This document shows, piece after piece, positions 27,001 to 35,445 of a DNA stretch of 64,000 nt; the first letter of the stretch is position 1; the number at the start of each line of letters is the position of its first letter. A program made the position numbers and the translations under genes. The DNA lies in contig JBJENY010000054.1 of NCBI GenBank assembly GCA_051880435.1, positions 616-64,615 of the forward strand, in the 5' to 3' direction. The stretch comes from Lachnospiraceae bacterium (GTDB lineage: Bacteria; Bacillota; Clostridia; Lachnospirales; Lachnospiraceae). Under the pieces are notes generated by a model. That model worked only from the letters and a program-made list of their open reading frames with translations, searched no databases and was not told the DNA's origin.

Positions 27001-27250
27001 CTTGTCGGATACCGTTTCTTCCAATCTTGGTGGCGTACAAATGGATGCTTTATTTGTGGATGAAGGATTTGGAACCTTGGATAAAAAATCTATGGATAAT
27101 GCAATGGATATTTTATTAAATCTTGCAGGTGCTAATAAATTAGTTGGTATTATAAGTCATAGAGAGGAACTAATGGAAAACATTCCCCAGCAAATTAAAG
27201 TATCTAAAACAAAAAATGGAAGTCAGATGAAAGTAGAATTAGGATTATAA
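24032..27250 (+). CDS. sbcC: exonuclease SbcC (Rad50-like ATPase)
   Basis: Walker A GDTGAGKTTIFDAISFALYG, long coiled coil with zinc hook CPVCG, signature LSGGESF, Walker B LFVDEGFGTLD. AGGAGGTGGGGG RBS. Overlaps the sbcD end. Confidence 0.92.
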   Translation: MKPIKLIISGFGPYGDTMPAIEFEKFTDKGLFLISGDTGAGKTTIFDAISFALYGTTSGIYKNTKNLRSEYASPDVESYVDFYFFHQGHDYHICRKPSFERINRNGKLIEEPEKVIFYYEDGSTVEGTRNVDGTKDDPGVIRNLLHIDAKQFKQIAMIAQGEFWDLLNAKTEERTVILRTIFNTDSYKNMEVKLKERMNASYVLRKETENSILQYFSDVVVDEESEHAEELLRLQENAGDSKSAWNVEEMIGIIEKIIKSDLLKQKMFKEQLEKQDKKLTEKNNMYGVAQTNNALLQKVDTLEKEYEKLQEKQQEIEQRSFTLQKQQDATYKVKPEYLAWKTKCDELNASQRDMDEAKMLLTKALALKKKSQDLFAEVSKEEPKQDERKVLVSKMKESERDYATRDALLEEIKTIEDALKKMGQLEKSVLSNEQALREQVKSINATIQQLEDVPAKYMETSKEKDKFFHLMNQMSQIQNEMIPAYERKKQQYENQQNQFEMAKKSYIDARNKANHAKDVIDGCRAGILAKDLEEGVPCPVCGATHHEKLAILPDEYMTEEQYKELEAAYHKEQDNYEKKVGATEGAKKSFETEQEHLTQSIHSCLKNELVNKNELVNEKDPDAIDVAKLIQILKDTLNQVEEKYEAISHKESSLKESCEELERLRTTLETVRDKELEAIVKEKEDILLQKNENHALLAKKKATLDSIGTLPYKDFSEAVAQREKIEKEISDFDNLLQKTRKDRDEGITRYAKAKSTVETLQLTVEKNCKDEKDLKEKFDALLVERELTDEKEFLSFVVPEDNMKETEKTIAEYHENVKAVTAQLESAQAEAKDKTMIDVDEILDEIAEQTNLVDEIRENYNLITYRINTNQDKLSHIKEKISELLHSQKENAMYTKLYHLVTGQTGKGKITLEQFIQAAGFDQIIQAANRRLLPMTDYQYELSRQNDSLGKKSNTFLDLEVTDNFTGHKRPVGNLSGGESFKASLSLALGLSDTVSSNLGGVQMDALFVDEGFGTLDKKSMDNAMDILLNLAGANKLVGIISHREELMENIPQQIKVSKTKNGSQMKVELGL

Positions 27251-27257
27251 TAATAAC

Positions 27258-27296
27258 AAAACCTCTTTGCATATCACACAAAGAGGTTTTGTTTTG
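27258..27296. terminator. bidirectional terminator (sbcC / caspase gene convergent)
   Basis: AAAACCTCTTTG (27258-27269) / CAAAGAGGTTTT (27279-27290), then GTTTTG. Confidence 0.85.
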
Positions 27297-27321
27297 TTCA
27301 TTATTTAAGAATATAATCAAA

Positions 27322-28506
27322 TTATCGTTTGAAAATTCTTGTTGTACAATTTGTTGGATAAACCTGAGCTGACTGATCCTCAGCAGTGTTAGCTCTTACG
27401 TAGTTATAACACTCGTTAATTGTAACAACACCATTTCCATCAGAATCTGCCGGAGATGAAGAAGCTGCCGCTCCTGTAAAGTAGTCAACACCGGCACTTA
27501 GTGTAGTATAGTATGAGAAGTAGCTGTAGCTTGAATTACACCAAGAATATTCATACTTACTACATGCTGTAATTACTCTGAACTTGCTTGTGCAAAGCTC
27601 TCCGGTCTTACTGCTTGCTGCTTTTGCCTTTGCATCAGCCTTTGCAAAAGCATTAACAACAGAATTGTTGAAAGCGTTAAGGTCGCTCTTTGTTACAGCT
27701 TTCTTCTGGCTAAATGTAATCTTACCATCAGCAGATTTGTTGATACAGCTACCACTGTGACAACTATCTAATAATACGATAACAGTACCAGGTACCTGAC
27801 TTAACCAGCTTGAAATGTAAGACATGCTGATTGTATCATCATAGTAGCTTTCAACTGTACATAATGAACCATCGCTTGCACCGTGACCTGAATAGAAGAA
27901 TAAAGAAACGTCATTGCTATCAGCACCACTAAATGTTGAGGCAATGAAATCTTTCATTCCAGCTGCACTTGTATTAAACTTGGCTTTTACAACTGAGTAA
28001 CCTGATTTCTTACAAGCATAAGCAATACCAATTGCATCATTTTTACATGCAGGAAGGTCGTTGTTATAGTTATAATCATACTGACCAATAACTGCTGCAC
28101 GATATACAACAGGGTTTGGAGCCTTAACAGTAACCTTGATGATGCGGTATTCAGCATTATATGTACTAGTTAACTTAATTGTAGTTGTACCTGCTTTTAA
28201 ACCGGTAATAATTAATTTGTTATTCTTTGCAGACCAACCGCCCCATTTTAATGAAACGTTGCTGTTAGATGCTGTTGCTCTCAGTGTTGAAAAATTAGTT
28301 GGTTTGAAACAAACAGTAACGACAGCAGTTTTTCCTTTCTTAACAGTAACAGCATTTGTTGATGTTGTTAAAATGTTGGACTTTGCTACTGACGTACTTT
28401 TTACTTCTGCAGTTTCAACAGTCATCGCTTTTGTGCTCATTGGTAATGTTAATACTGCAAATAATGCAAACATAGCCAATAGAAGACCTTTTTTTGTTTT
28501 GTTCAT
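27322..28506 (-). CDS. secreted caspase-family (peptidase C14) protein with N-terminal Ig-like domain
   Basis: Signal peptide MNKTKKGLLLAMFALFAVLTLPMSTKA. Beta-rich segment of about 100 aa. His/Cys dyad contexts FFYSGHGA and VLLDSCHSGS. EF-hand-type loop DSDGNGVVTINE. GGGAG RBS before ATG 28506. Confidence 0.8.
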   Translation of the reverse strand: MNKTKKGLLLAMFALFAVLTLPMSTKAMTVETAEVKSTSVAKSNILTTSTNAVTVKKGKTAVVTVCFKPTNFSTLRATASNSNVSLKWGGWSAKNNKLIITGLKAGTTTIKLTSTYNAEYRIIKVTVKAPNPVVYRAAVIGQYDYNYNNDLPACKNDAIGIAYACKKSGYSVVKAKFNTSAAGMKDFIASTFSGADSNDVSLFFYSGHGASDGSLCTVESYYDDTISMSYISSWLSQVPGTVIVLLDSCHSGSCINKSADGKITFSQKKAVTKSDLNAFNNSVVNAFAKADAKAKAASSKTGELCTSKFRVITACSKYEYSWCNSSYSYFSYYTTLSAGVDYFTGAAASSSPADSDGNGVVTINECYNYVRANTAEDQSAQVYPTNCTTRIFKR

Positions 28507-28745
28507 GTCATTCTCCCTTCTTTTTGTACTTTGACTGTACATTGTTATAATGTTTACAAGTAACATATAAGCCTATTATATATTAAGTTTTTTTATAAAA
28601 CAACATTGTTTTTTTGTTTTTTTCGTACATTTTTTGTTTATAAATTTGTTTTTTTATTTGTTTTCATTGTTTGTTTTTATATATTTATCATGTAAAATAG
28701 TCTATTATGAAAGATAAGTTTATTTTTTGACCATAAGGAGGAAAC

Positions 28746-29402
28746 ATGATAAAAGCAGTTTTATTTGATTTTGATTATACATTAGGTGATTCTACTGATG
28801 GAATTGTAGAAAGTACAAATTATGCATTGGAAAACCTTGGCTATCACAAACACGAGAAAGAAGAAATAAAGAGAACCATTGGGTATACGTTAGAAGAAAG
28901 CTTTTTTTTGTTAGAACCGAAAGGGACACAGGAAGAAGCCGGGTTATATCATGATTATTTTGTAAAAAAAGCAGATGAGGTTATGGTAAAAAATACAGTG
29001 TTATATCCCGGAGTAAAAGAAATATTAACTGATTTAAAAAATAATGGATATCAAATTGGTATTGTTACAACGAAGTTTACCTATCGAATTGAAAGCATTT
29101 TTGAAAAATACGGACTAACCGGAATACTTGACACTATTATAGGTGGGGATGTTGTTACAAAGAAAAAGCCGGACCCGGAAGGGATTATGAAAGCACTAGG
29201 AGAATTAGATTGTGAAAAGGAACAGGTGCTGTATGTAGGAGATAGTATTGTGGATGCAAAATGTGCAAAAAGTGCCAACGTGGATTTTGCAGCTGTATTA
29301 ACCGGAACTACTGTAAAAGAAGCATTTTATGAATATCCCTATGTTGCTATTTTAAAGGATGTACAGGCGGTATATCAATTGATTCGTAAAATGAAAGCAT
29401 AA
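28746..29402 (+). CDS. HAD-superfamily phosphatase (phosphoglycolate phosphatase/PpaX-like)
   Basis: Motif I LFDFDYTLGDS, motif II VTTK, motif IV GDSIVDAKCA. AAGGAGGA RBS. Confidence 0.85.
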   Translation: MIKAVLFDFDYTLGDSTDGIVESTNYALENLGYHKHEKEEIKRTIGYTLEESFFLLEPKGTQEEAGLYHDYFVKKADEVMVKNTVLYPGVKEILTDLKNNGYQIGIVTTKFTYRIESIFEKYGLTGILDTIIGGDVVTKKKPDPEGIMKALGELDCEKEQVLYVGDSIVDAKCAKSANVDFAAVLTGTTVKEAFYEYPYVAILKDVQAVYQLIRKMKA

Positions 29403-29409
29403 AGAAAAA

Positions 29410-29469
29410 CGACCTTCATAAGGAGAGGGTTTCCCAAGAGGAAGAGGGATTTTTTGAAGGTCGTTTTTT
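29410..29469 (+). terminator. terminator-like split palindrome (9-bp arms, 36-nt interior) + T-run
   Basis: CGACCTTCA (29410-29418) / TGAAGGTCG (29455-29463), then TTTTTT. Confidence 0.55.
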
Positions 29470-29545
29470 ATTCAATAAATAGTAATTTGATTGATAATTA
29501 TTTATAAATGCATAATCTTTTTTTTTTGAGATGAGAAAAAATTTA

Positions 29546-30580
29546 TTATAAATGTTTAATCATTTCGTCTTTAATCTCTGCGTAGTGAGGGTCTACAATA
29601 CCAAAGTCTTTACTCTTGTATGTCCAGAGCGCACGTCCGATATTATATTTTTTAAATGCATTGTTAATATCTGTTAACCAACGAAGGGTATCCGGAAGCG
29701 GTGCCTGATCAATGACACCATATTCTCCGCAGTAAAGAGGTACATCCCGTTCCATTGCTGTTTTGATTGCAGGGCTAAATAAAGCTTCAAACATTTCAGG
29801 ACCGATTGTTTTAATTCCGTGTTCATTGATGGCACCAACTAAGTCTTGTGAGAATTGCATGCTTTTTTCACGATACACATCAACGCTGTCCGGATAAGCC
29901 ATGTCAAAATCCTTCGTCATATTTTTAACCCAGTATGCTTTCTGGTGTGTAAAAATAAGTGGATCATAGCAGTGGAATGTATATACTAATTTATCTGCAA
30001 ATGGTTCAACTAACCCCGGAACACTGGTAACATTATTGTAGCATACGCCACCGAATACAATGTAATTATCCGGTGCGATTTCCCGAATTGCAGGGACAAC
30101 CTTTTTCACAATTTCATTCCATTGTGTTACTACGTTAGGACTTACGATTTCATTCAGTAGTTCGAAGGCAATCATGTCGGAATCTTTACCATAACGGGTA
30201 GCAATTTCTTTCCAAGTTTGAATGAAACGTTCTTGTAATTCTTCACTGTGGAAAAAGATTTCCTTGTCGCCGTCATCTAATGGATCAAATGTATATCCGT
30301 AAGTTTTGTGAAGGTCGATAATCATATGTAAACCGTGTTTTTTGCACCAGTTTACACAATTGGTAATATATGCATATCCTTCTTCTTTTGGTGTTCCGTC
30401 TTCATCTTCAATAATTACGTAGTCAACAGGAACACGAACATGATCAAGACCCCAGGAAGCGATTTCTTTAATATCTGCCTCTGTAATAAATGTTTCAAAA
30501 TGCTCTTTTTCAAAACTATCATTTTGCGATAACCAACCACCTAAATTAATACCTTTTTGGTAACCTTCAAATACCTTCAT
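29546..30580 (-). CDS. glycoside hydrolase family 5, no signal peptide
   Basis: GINLGGWL start. Acid/base FELLNEI and nucleophile context YCGEYGV. AAGGAGG RBS. Confidence 0.85.
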   Translation of the reverse strand: MKVFEGYQKGINLGGWLSQNDSFEKEHFETFITEADIKEIASWGLDHVRVPVDYVIIEDEDGTPKEEGYAYITNCVNWCKKHGLHMIIDLHKTYGYTFDPLDDGDKEIFFHSEELQERFIQTWKEIATRYGKDSDMIAFELLNEIVSPNVVTQWNEIVKKVVPAIREIAPDNYIVFGGVCYNNVTSVPGLVEPFADKLVYTFHCYDPLIFTHQKAYWVKNMTKDFDMAYPDSVDVYREKSMQFSQDLVGAINEHGIKTIGPEMFEALFSPAIKTAMERDVPLYCGEYGVIDQAPLPDTLRWLTDINNAFKKYNIGRALWTYKSKDFGIVDPHYAEIKDEMIKHL

Positions 30581-30811
30581 TTATAATTGCCTCCTTTGTA
30601 ATTATTGTAACGATTTATGATAACTGAAGTATAGACTTTTTTGATTGCTTTAGATATAATAAAACTGTTTTTTATGTAAAATATCTGTTATTAGTGAACT
30701 GTTATTTACCATTTGTTTTTTTTATATGTTTTTTAACATAATAAGAAAGTAGAAATTATGTTTCTGATTATGTTTTTGATATGATATTTTTAGAATAGAA
30801 GGAAGTGTAAT

Positions 30812-31588
30812 ATGGATGTAAAAGATTTTGAACATTATGAACAGCTTGCAAAGGAACGATTTTCAAAACGAGAGCAGGAGCTGTTTCATCCTACCTACGA
30901 TGAGGAATTAGCCTTTTATGAATTGATTAAATCCGGTAATTTAGAGGAACTTGATACAAAACGAAATTGGGATGTTATTGATTCACCGGAACGAGGAGAA
31001 TTATCCGCTAATCATATTCAAAGTATAAAATATCATATTGTGGTGTCCATTGCCATGATTACCCGATTTTGTATTGAAGGTGGATTAGATGAAAAAGAGG
31101 CATACCATTTAAGCGATATTTATATTAATAAAACTGACACACAAACAACGAAAGAAGCCCTTGTGAAGGTACAAAAAGAAATGGCATATACTTTTGCGAA
31201 GCGTATGCATAAAATAAAAACAGTAGATAATCATTCGGTACACTGTAAAAGAGCATTAGATTATATTTATAATCATCTTCATGAGCCGATTCAGATTATA
31301 GATGTGGCAGAATTTGTGGGGTTAAATGAAACTTATTTAAGTAAGCTGTTTTTAAAAGAAACAGGGAAAAATATAGGTGCTTATATCAGACAGCAAAAAA
31401 TAAATGAAGCAAAAAATATGCTGATATATACAGATGCAAGCTGTGCAGAAATCGCACAATATTTTTCTTTTGCATCCAGTAGTCATTTTTCTAAAAATTT
31501 TAAAATGGAAACCGGAATGACACCTTTACAGTATAGGAATAAAAATTATAGAAAACATTGGGATATGGATGACAAATCACTATTGTGA
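30812..31588 (+). CDS. AraC-family transcriptional regulator
   Basis: C-terminal double HTH (VAEFVGLNETYLSKLF ; IAQYFSFASSSHFSKNFKMETGMTPLQYR). Divergent from the GH5 gene. Confidence 0.88.
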   Translation: MDVKDFEHYEQLAKERFSKREQELFHPTYDEELAFYELIKSGNLEELDTKRNWDVIDSPERGELSANHIQSIKYHIVVSIAMITRFCIEGGLDEKEAYHLSDIYINKTDTQTTKEALVKVQKEMAYTFAKRMHKIKTVDNHSVHCKRALDYIYNHLHEPIQIIDVAEFVGLNETYLSKLFLKETGKNIGAYIRQQKINEAKNMLIYTDASCAEIAQYFSFASSSHFSKNFKMETGMTPLQYRNKNYRKHWDMDDKSLL

Positions 31589-31763
31589 TATTTGTTTAAA
31601 CATAGTAAAATACAGCAGGTTGAATTTAGCTGTGATGGTTATTCTGAATCATATTATATAGAAAATGAAAGTGTGATATGATTTATGGAAACCTGGGATA
31701 TGGGTAAAGAAAAAGGTTTAGAGAAACTCTCAAAAATATTGATGTGATATATGGAGGAAAGTT

Positions 31764-32735
31764 ATGGAAATAAAGAAAATAGCGGTTTTGGCAAGTGGTG
31801 GTGATGCACCGGGAATGAATTCTGCAATTCGTGCAGTGGTATTTAGTGCTGTGAATGCCGGAATTGAAGTGGTTGGTGTATACAGAGGTTATGAGGGATT
31901 AATTGACTGGGAAGTTAAACCTCTTACCATTGATGATGTTCGCAATATTAACAATCGTGGTGGTACAATGTTATATACAAGCAGAAGCGACCGTTTTCTG
32001 CAAAAGGAATATCGCAAACAGGCAGCTTATAACCTGCGGACTCATCATGTGGATGCGGTTGTTGCTGTTGGAGGAGATGGTACATTACGGGGAGCAATTG
32101 CCTTTAGAGAGGAAGGTGTAAATATCATATGTATACCGGGAACCATTGACCGTGATGTTGCCTGTACAGAATATACATTAGGCTTTGATACTGCCGCCAA
32201 TACAGCTATGGAAGCTATTGACAGAATTAGGGATTCTTCTATTTCTCATGGCAGATGCAGTGTGGTAGAGGTAATGGGACGTAAGAGAGGATATATTGCT
32301 TTGTGGGCAGGTATGGCCACTTCAGCAGATGCCATTGTACTTCCTGAAAAATGGGATGGTAATTTTGATAAAATCATTGACACCTTAAAGCAACGTCATG
32401 AGGATGGCAGAGACAGCTATTTAGTTGTTGTTGCAGAGGGGGTAATTGATGCACCGGAGCTGGCACAAATCATTCAGGAGCAGACAGGGATTGAGTCGAG
32501 AGTTTCTGTTCTTGGCTATATTCAAAGAGGTGGGCAGCCTACCGCCAAGGACCGCATGTATGGTTCTTTAATGGGAGCATATGCAGTAGAAATATTAAAA
32601 CGTGGAGAGCAGAATCGAATTGTAGCAATTAAAAATGATTTGTTGACGGATTATGATATTACGGAGGCAATAACCTTGCAAAATAATAATTTGGATTCTT
32701 TCCAATATGAATTAAGCTTAACTTTGGCAGAGTAA
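31764..32735 (+). CDS. pfkA: ATP-dependent 6-phosphofructokinase
   Basis: SGGDAPGMN, GGDGTL, PGTIDRD and MGRKRG motifs; 323 aa. Confidence 0.93.
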   Translation: MEIKKIAVLASGGDAPGMNSAIRAVVFSAVNAGIEVVGVYRGYEGLIDWEVKPLTIDDVRNINNRGGTMLYTSRSDRFLQKEYRKQAAYNLRTHHVDAVVAVGGDGTLRGAIAFREEGVNIICIPGTIDRDVACTEYTLGFDTAANTAMEAIDRIRDSSISHGRCSVVEVMGRKRGYIALWAGMATSADAIVLPEKWDGNFDKIIDTLKQRHEDGRDSYLVVVAEGVIDAPELAQIIQEQTGIESRVSVLGYIQRGGQPTAKDRMYGSLMGAYAVEILKRGEQNRIVAIKNDLLTDYDITEAITLQNNNLDSFQYELSLTLAE

Positions 32736-32954
32736 GCGAGATGAAGGAATTGGATGAGATGCAATTATTAAAATAGTAGGATTGAAAAAATTTTGCATAT
32801 CATTATGAGAGGTAATAGAAGCATTGAAAAGACCTTAAATATAATTATGAAAAGTGCTATCAGCTCTTTTATGTAATTATGATATGCAATAGAAGCATTG
32901 GAAATTCTTGAAAAAAGTACTAGCAACACAGGAAGTAATAAGAAGTGGGATATT

Positions 32955-35306
32955 ATGACATTAAATGAAATTAAAGTTGGACAAAGTGTAGTAATTGAAC
33001 AAGTTGGTGGAGATGGACAGCTTCGACAACATTTTCTTGATATGGGACTGATTCCCGGGGCAGAGGCAACCTTAGTGAAATTTGCTCCTATGGGTGATCC
33101 TATGGAATTACGTCTTCATGGATATGAATTAACCCTTCGTTTGGAGGATGCTGCAAAGATAGAGGTACATCTAATCGAAAAACAGGAAATCATACAGACA
33201 CAGAAAAAGGAAAAAGAAAAAAATATGGAGCATCCCGGTTTGGGAGAGGATGGAAAGTTTCATGTAAAGGCAGATGAACATCCTTTAGAGGATGGTACAG
33301 TATTATCTTTTGCTTTAGTTGGGAATCAAAATTGTGGCAAAACTACATTGTTTAACAGGTTAACCGGTTCTAATCAGCATGTGGGTAATTTCCCGGGGGT
33401 AACAGTGGAACAAAAAAGCGGACAGATTCATAATGACAGTAATACATTGGTTACGGATTTGCCGGGTATTTATTCGTTATCGCCATATACAAGGGAGGAA
33501 ATTGTTTCCAGAGAATTTATTTTAAATGAAAAACCAAAAGGGATTATTAATGTAATTGATGTCACCACCATAGAACGAAGCTTGTATTTAACCATGCAGC
33601 TTATGGAACTAAATATTCCAATGGTATTAGCCCTTAATATGATGGATGAAATGCGTGGAAATGGCGGCGTTGTACATATTAATGAATTAGAGGATATGTT
33701 AGGAATACCCGTTGTTCCTATTTCGGCAGCAAAAAATGAAGGGGTAGATGAGCTTGTTCGTCATGCACTTCATGTTGCCAAGTATCAGGAGCATCCCGGA
33801 CGACGGGATTTTTGTCCGGAAAATCAGAATGGTGGTGCGGTACATCGGTGCCTTCACGGAATTATGCATTTGATTGAGGACCATGCCAAAAATGAGGGGA
33901 TTCCTATTCGTTTTGCAGCTACAAAGCTGATTGAAGGCGATGAGAAAATATTAGAAGGTCTCAAATTATCGCAAAATGAAAAAGAGATGTTGGAGCATAT
34001 TATTTGTCAAATGGAAGAAGAACGGGGACTTGACCGTGAAGCTTCCATTGCAGATATGAGATATGCATTTATCTGTCAGCTGGTTGAGGAGTGTGTTGTG
34101 AAACCGAAGGAAAGCCGGGAGCGGGAGAGAAGCCGTAAAATTGACAAGGTATTAACAGGAAAATATACAGCCATTCCGTCCTTCGTGATGATTATGGCAT
34201 TGATTTTTTATCTTACTTTTCATGTGATTGGTGCCTGGCTGCAAGGGTTGTTAGAGCAGTGCATTAACAGTGCAGGGGATATGCTGGATCGGGGAATGAA
34301 TGCTTTGCATGTGAATCCCGTGATTCATTCCCTAATTATGGATGGTGCATTTAACGGAGTAGGAAGTGTGTTAAGTTTTCTTCCGATTATTGTAACCTTA
34401 TTCTTCTTTTTATCCTTGTTAGAAGATACCGGATATATGGCAAGAATTGCTTTTGTGATGGATAAATTACTTCGAAAAATTGGTTTGTCAGGAAGAAGTA
34501 TTGTGCCGTTGCTGATTGGTTTTGGATGTTCTGTTCCCGGGGTTATGGCAGGCAGAACCTTGCCTTCAGACCGAGATCGGAAAATGACAATTATGATGAT
34601 TCCTTTTATGAGTTGTACGGCAAAACTGCCGGTATATGGATTTTTTGCTACAGCCTTTTTTCCGGAACATAGTGCATTGGTAGTAATTCTTCTGTATTTT
34701 ACCGGAATTGTGGTTGGTATCTTAATGGCATTGTTATCAAAGGTTACTGTTTTCAAGGGAGAAGCGGTACCCTTTGTGATGGAACTTCCTAATTATAGAA
34801 TGCCCGGAGTAAAAAATGTTGCCAGATTACTTTGGGAAAAAGCAAAGGACTTTATGGAAAAGGCCTTTACCATAATTTTTTTGGCGTCTATTGTTATCTG
34901 GTTTTTACAAAGCTTTAGCCTGCATCTATCTTTGGTAACAGATTCAAAAGACAGTATTCTTGCGGGAATTGCAGGTGTCATTTCGCCTTTGTTAAAGCCT
35001 CTGGGCTTTGGAGACTGGAGAATTTCAACCGCATTAATTTCCGGTTTTATTGCGAAAGAAAGTGTGGTATCCACATTAATTATTTTATATGGAACAGCCA
35101 ACTCCATATTGGCAGTGATGTCACCATTATCCGTAGCATCGTTACTTGTATTTTGCCTGTTATATACACCTTGTGTGGCGGCCATTTCCTCAGTAAAACA
35201 GGAGCTTGGAGCAAAATGGGCAATTAGTATGGTTGGATTACAATGTATGGTGGCCTGGATATGTTCTTTTTTGGTATATACAGTTGGTAGTATGCTGGGA
35301 TTTTAA
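32955..35306 (+). CDS. feoB: ferrous iron transporter, FeoA-FeoB fusion
   Basis: N-terminal FeoA-like MTLNEIKVGQS..FLDMGLIPGA..LRL, then the FeoB G-domain (GNQNCGKTTLFN, DLPG, NMMD) and a polytopic membrane domain. The track start 32898 is TTG without an RBS. Confidence 0.9.
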   Translation: MTLNEIKVGQSVVIEQVGGDGQLRQHFLDMGLIPGAEATLVKFAPMGDPMELRLHGYELTLRLEDAAKIEVHLIEKQEIIQTQKKEKEKNMEHPGLGEDGKFHVKADEHPLEDGTVLSFALVGNQNCGKTTLFNRLTGSNQHVGNFPGVTVEQKSGQIHNDSNTLVTDLPGIYSLSPYTREEIVSREFILNEKPKGIINVIDVTTIERSLYLTMQLMELNIPMVLALNMMDEMRGNGGVVHINELEDMLGIPVVPISAAKNEGVDELVRHALHVAKYQEHPGRRDFCPENQNGGAVHRCLHGIMHLIEDHAKNEGIPIRFAATKLIEGDEKILEGLKLSQNEKEMLEHIICQMEEERGLDREASIADMRYAFICQLVEECVVKPKESRERERSRKIDKVLTGKYTAIPSFVMIMALIFYLTFHVIGAWLQGLLEQCINSAGDMLDRGMNALHVNPVIHSLIMDGAFNGVGSVLSFLPIIVTLFFFLSLLEDTGYMARIAFVMDKLLRKIGLSGRSIVPLLIGFGCSVPGVMAGRTLPSDRDRKMTIMMIPFMSCTAKLPVYGFFATAFFPEHSALVVILLYFTGIVVGILMALLSKVTVFKGEAVPFVMELPNYRMPGVKNVARLLWEKAKDFMEKAFTIIFLASIVIWFLQSFSLHLSLVTDSKDSILAGIAGVISPLLKPLGFGDWRISTALISGFIAKESVVSTLIILYGTANSILAVMSPLSVASLLVFCLLYTPCVAAISSVKQELGAKWAISMVGLQCMVAWICSFLVYTVGSMLGF

Positions 35307-35318
35307 TAAAATAAAAAA

Positions 35319-35410
35319 CATCGGCTCTTTGTTGAGAAATGAGCTGACTCCGTTAGATCTAAAATCTTGCACCTGGAGGTCGGTTCAAAAACGGAGCCGA
35401 TGTATTTTTA
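35319..35410. terminator. terminator-like split palindrome (9-bp arms, 66-nt interior) between convergent genes
   Basis: CATCGGCTC (35319-35327) / GAGCCGATG (35394-35402), followed by TATTTTTA and preceded by AAAAAA. The interior has its own hairpin (35352-35370). Confidence 0.5.
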
Positions 35411-35445
35411 TACAATAAAATATAGGAAATGTCTGGGATAATAGT

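Noticed and set aside
35371-35402. tRNA fragment or T-arm (GGTCGGTTCAAAAACGGAGCC).
   Set aside because: The GGTTCAAA resembles a T-loop, but the flanking 5-bp stem is not complementary in tRNA register, and no acceptor, D or anticodon arms can be drawn.
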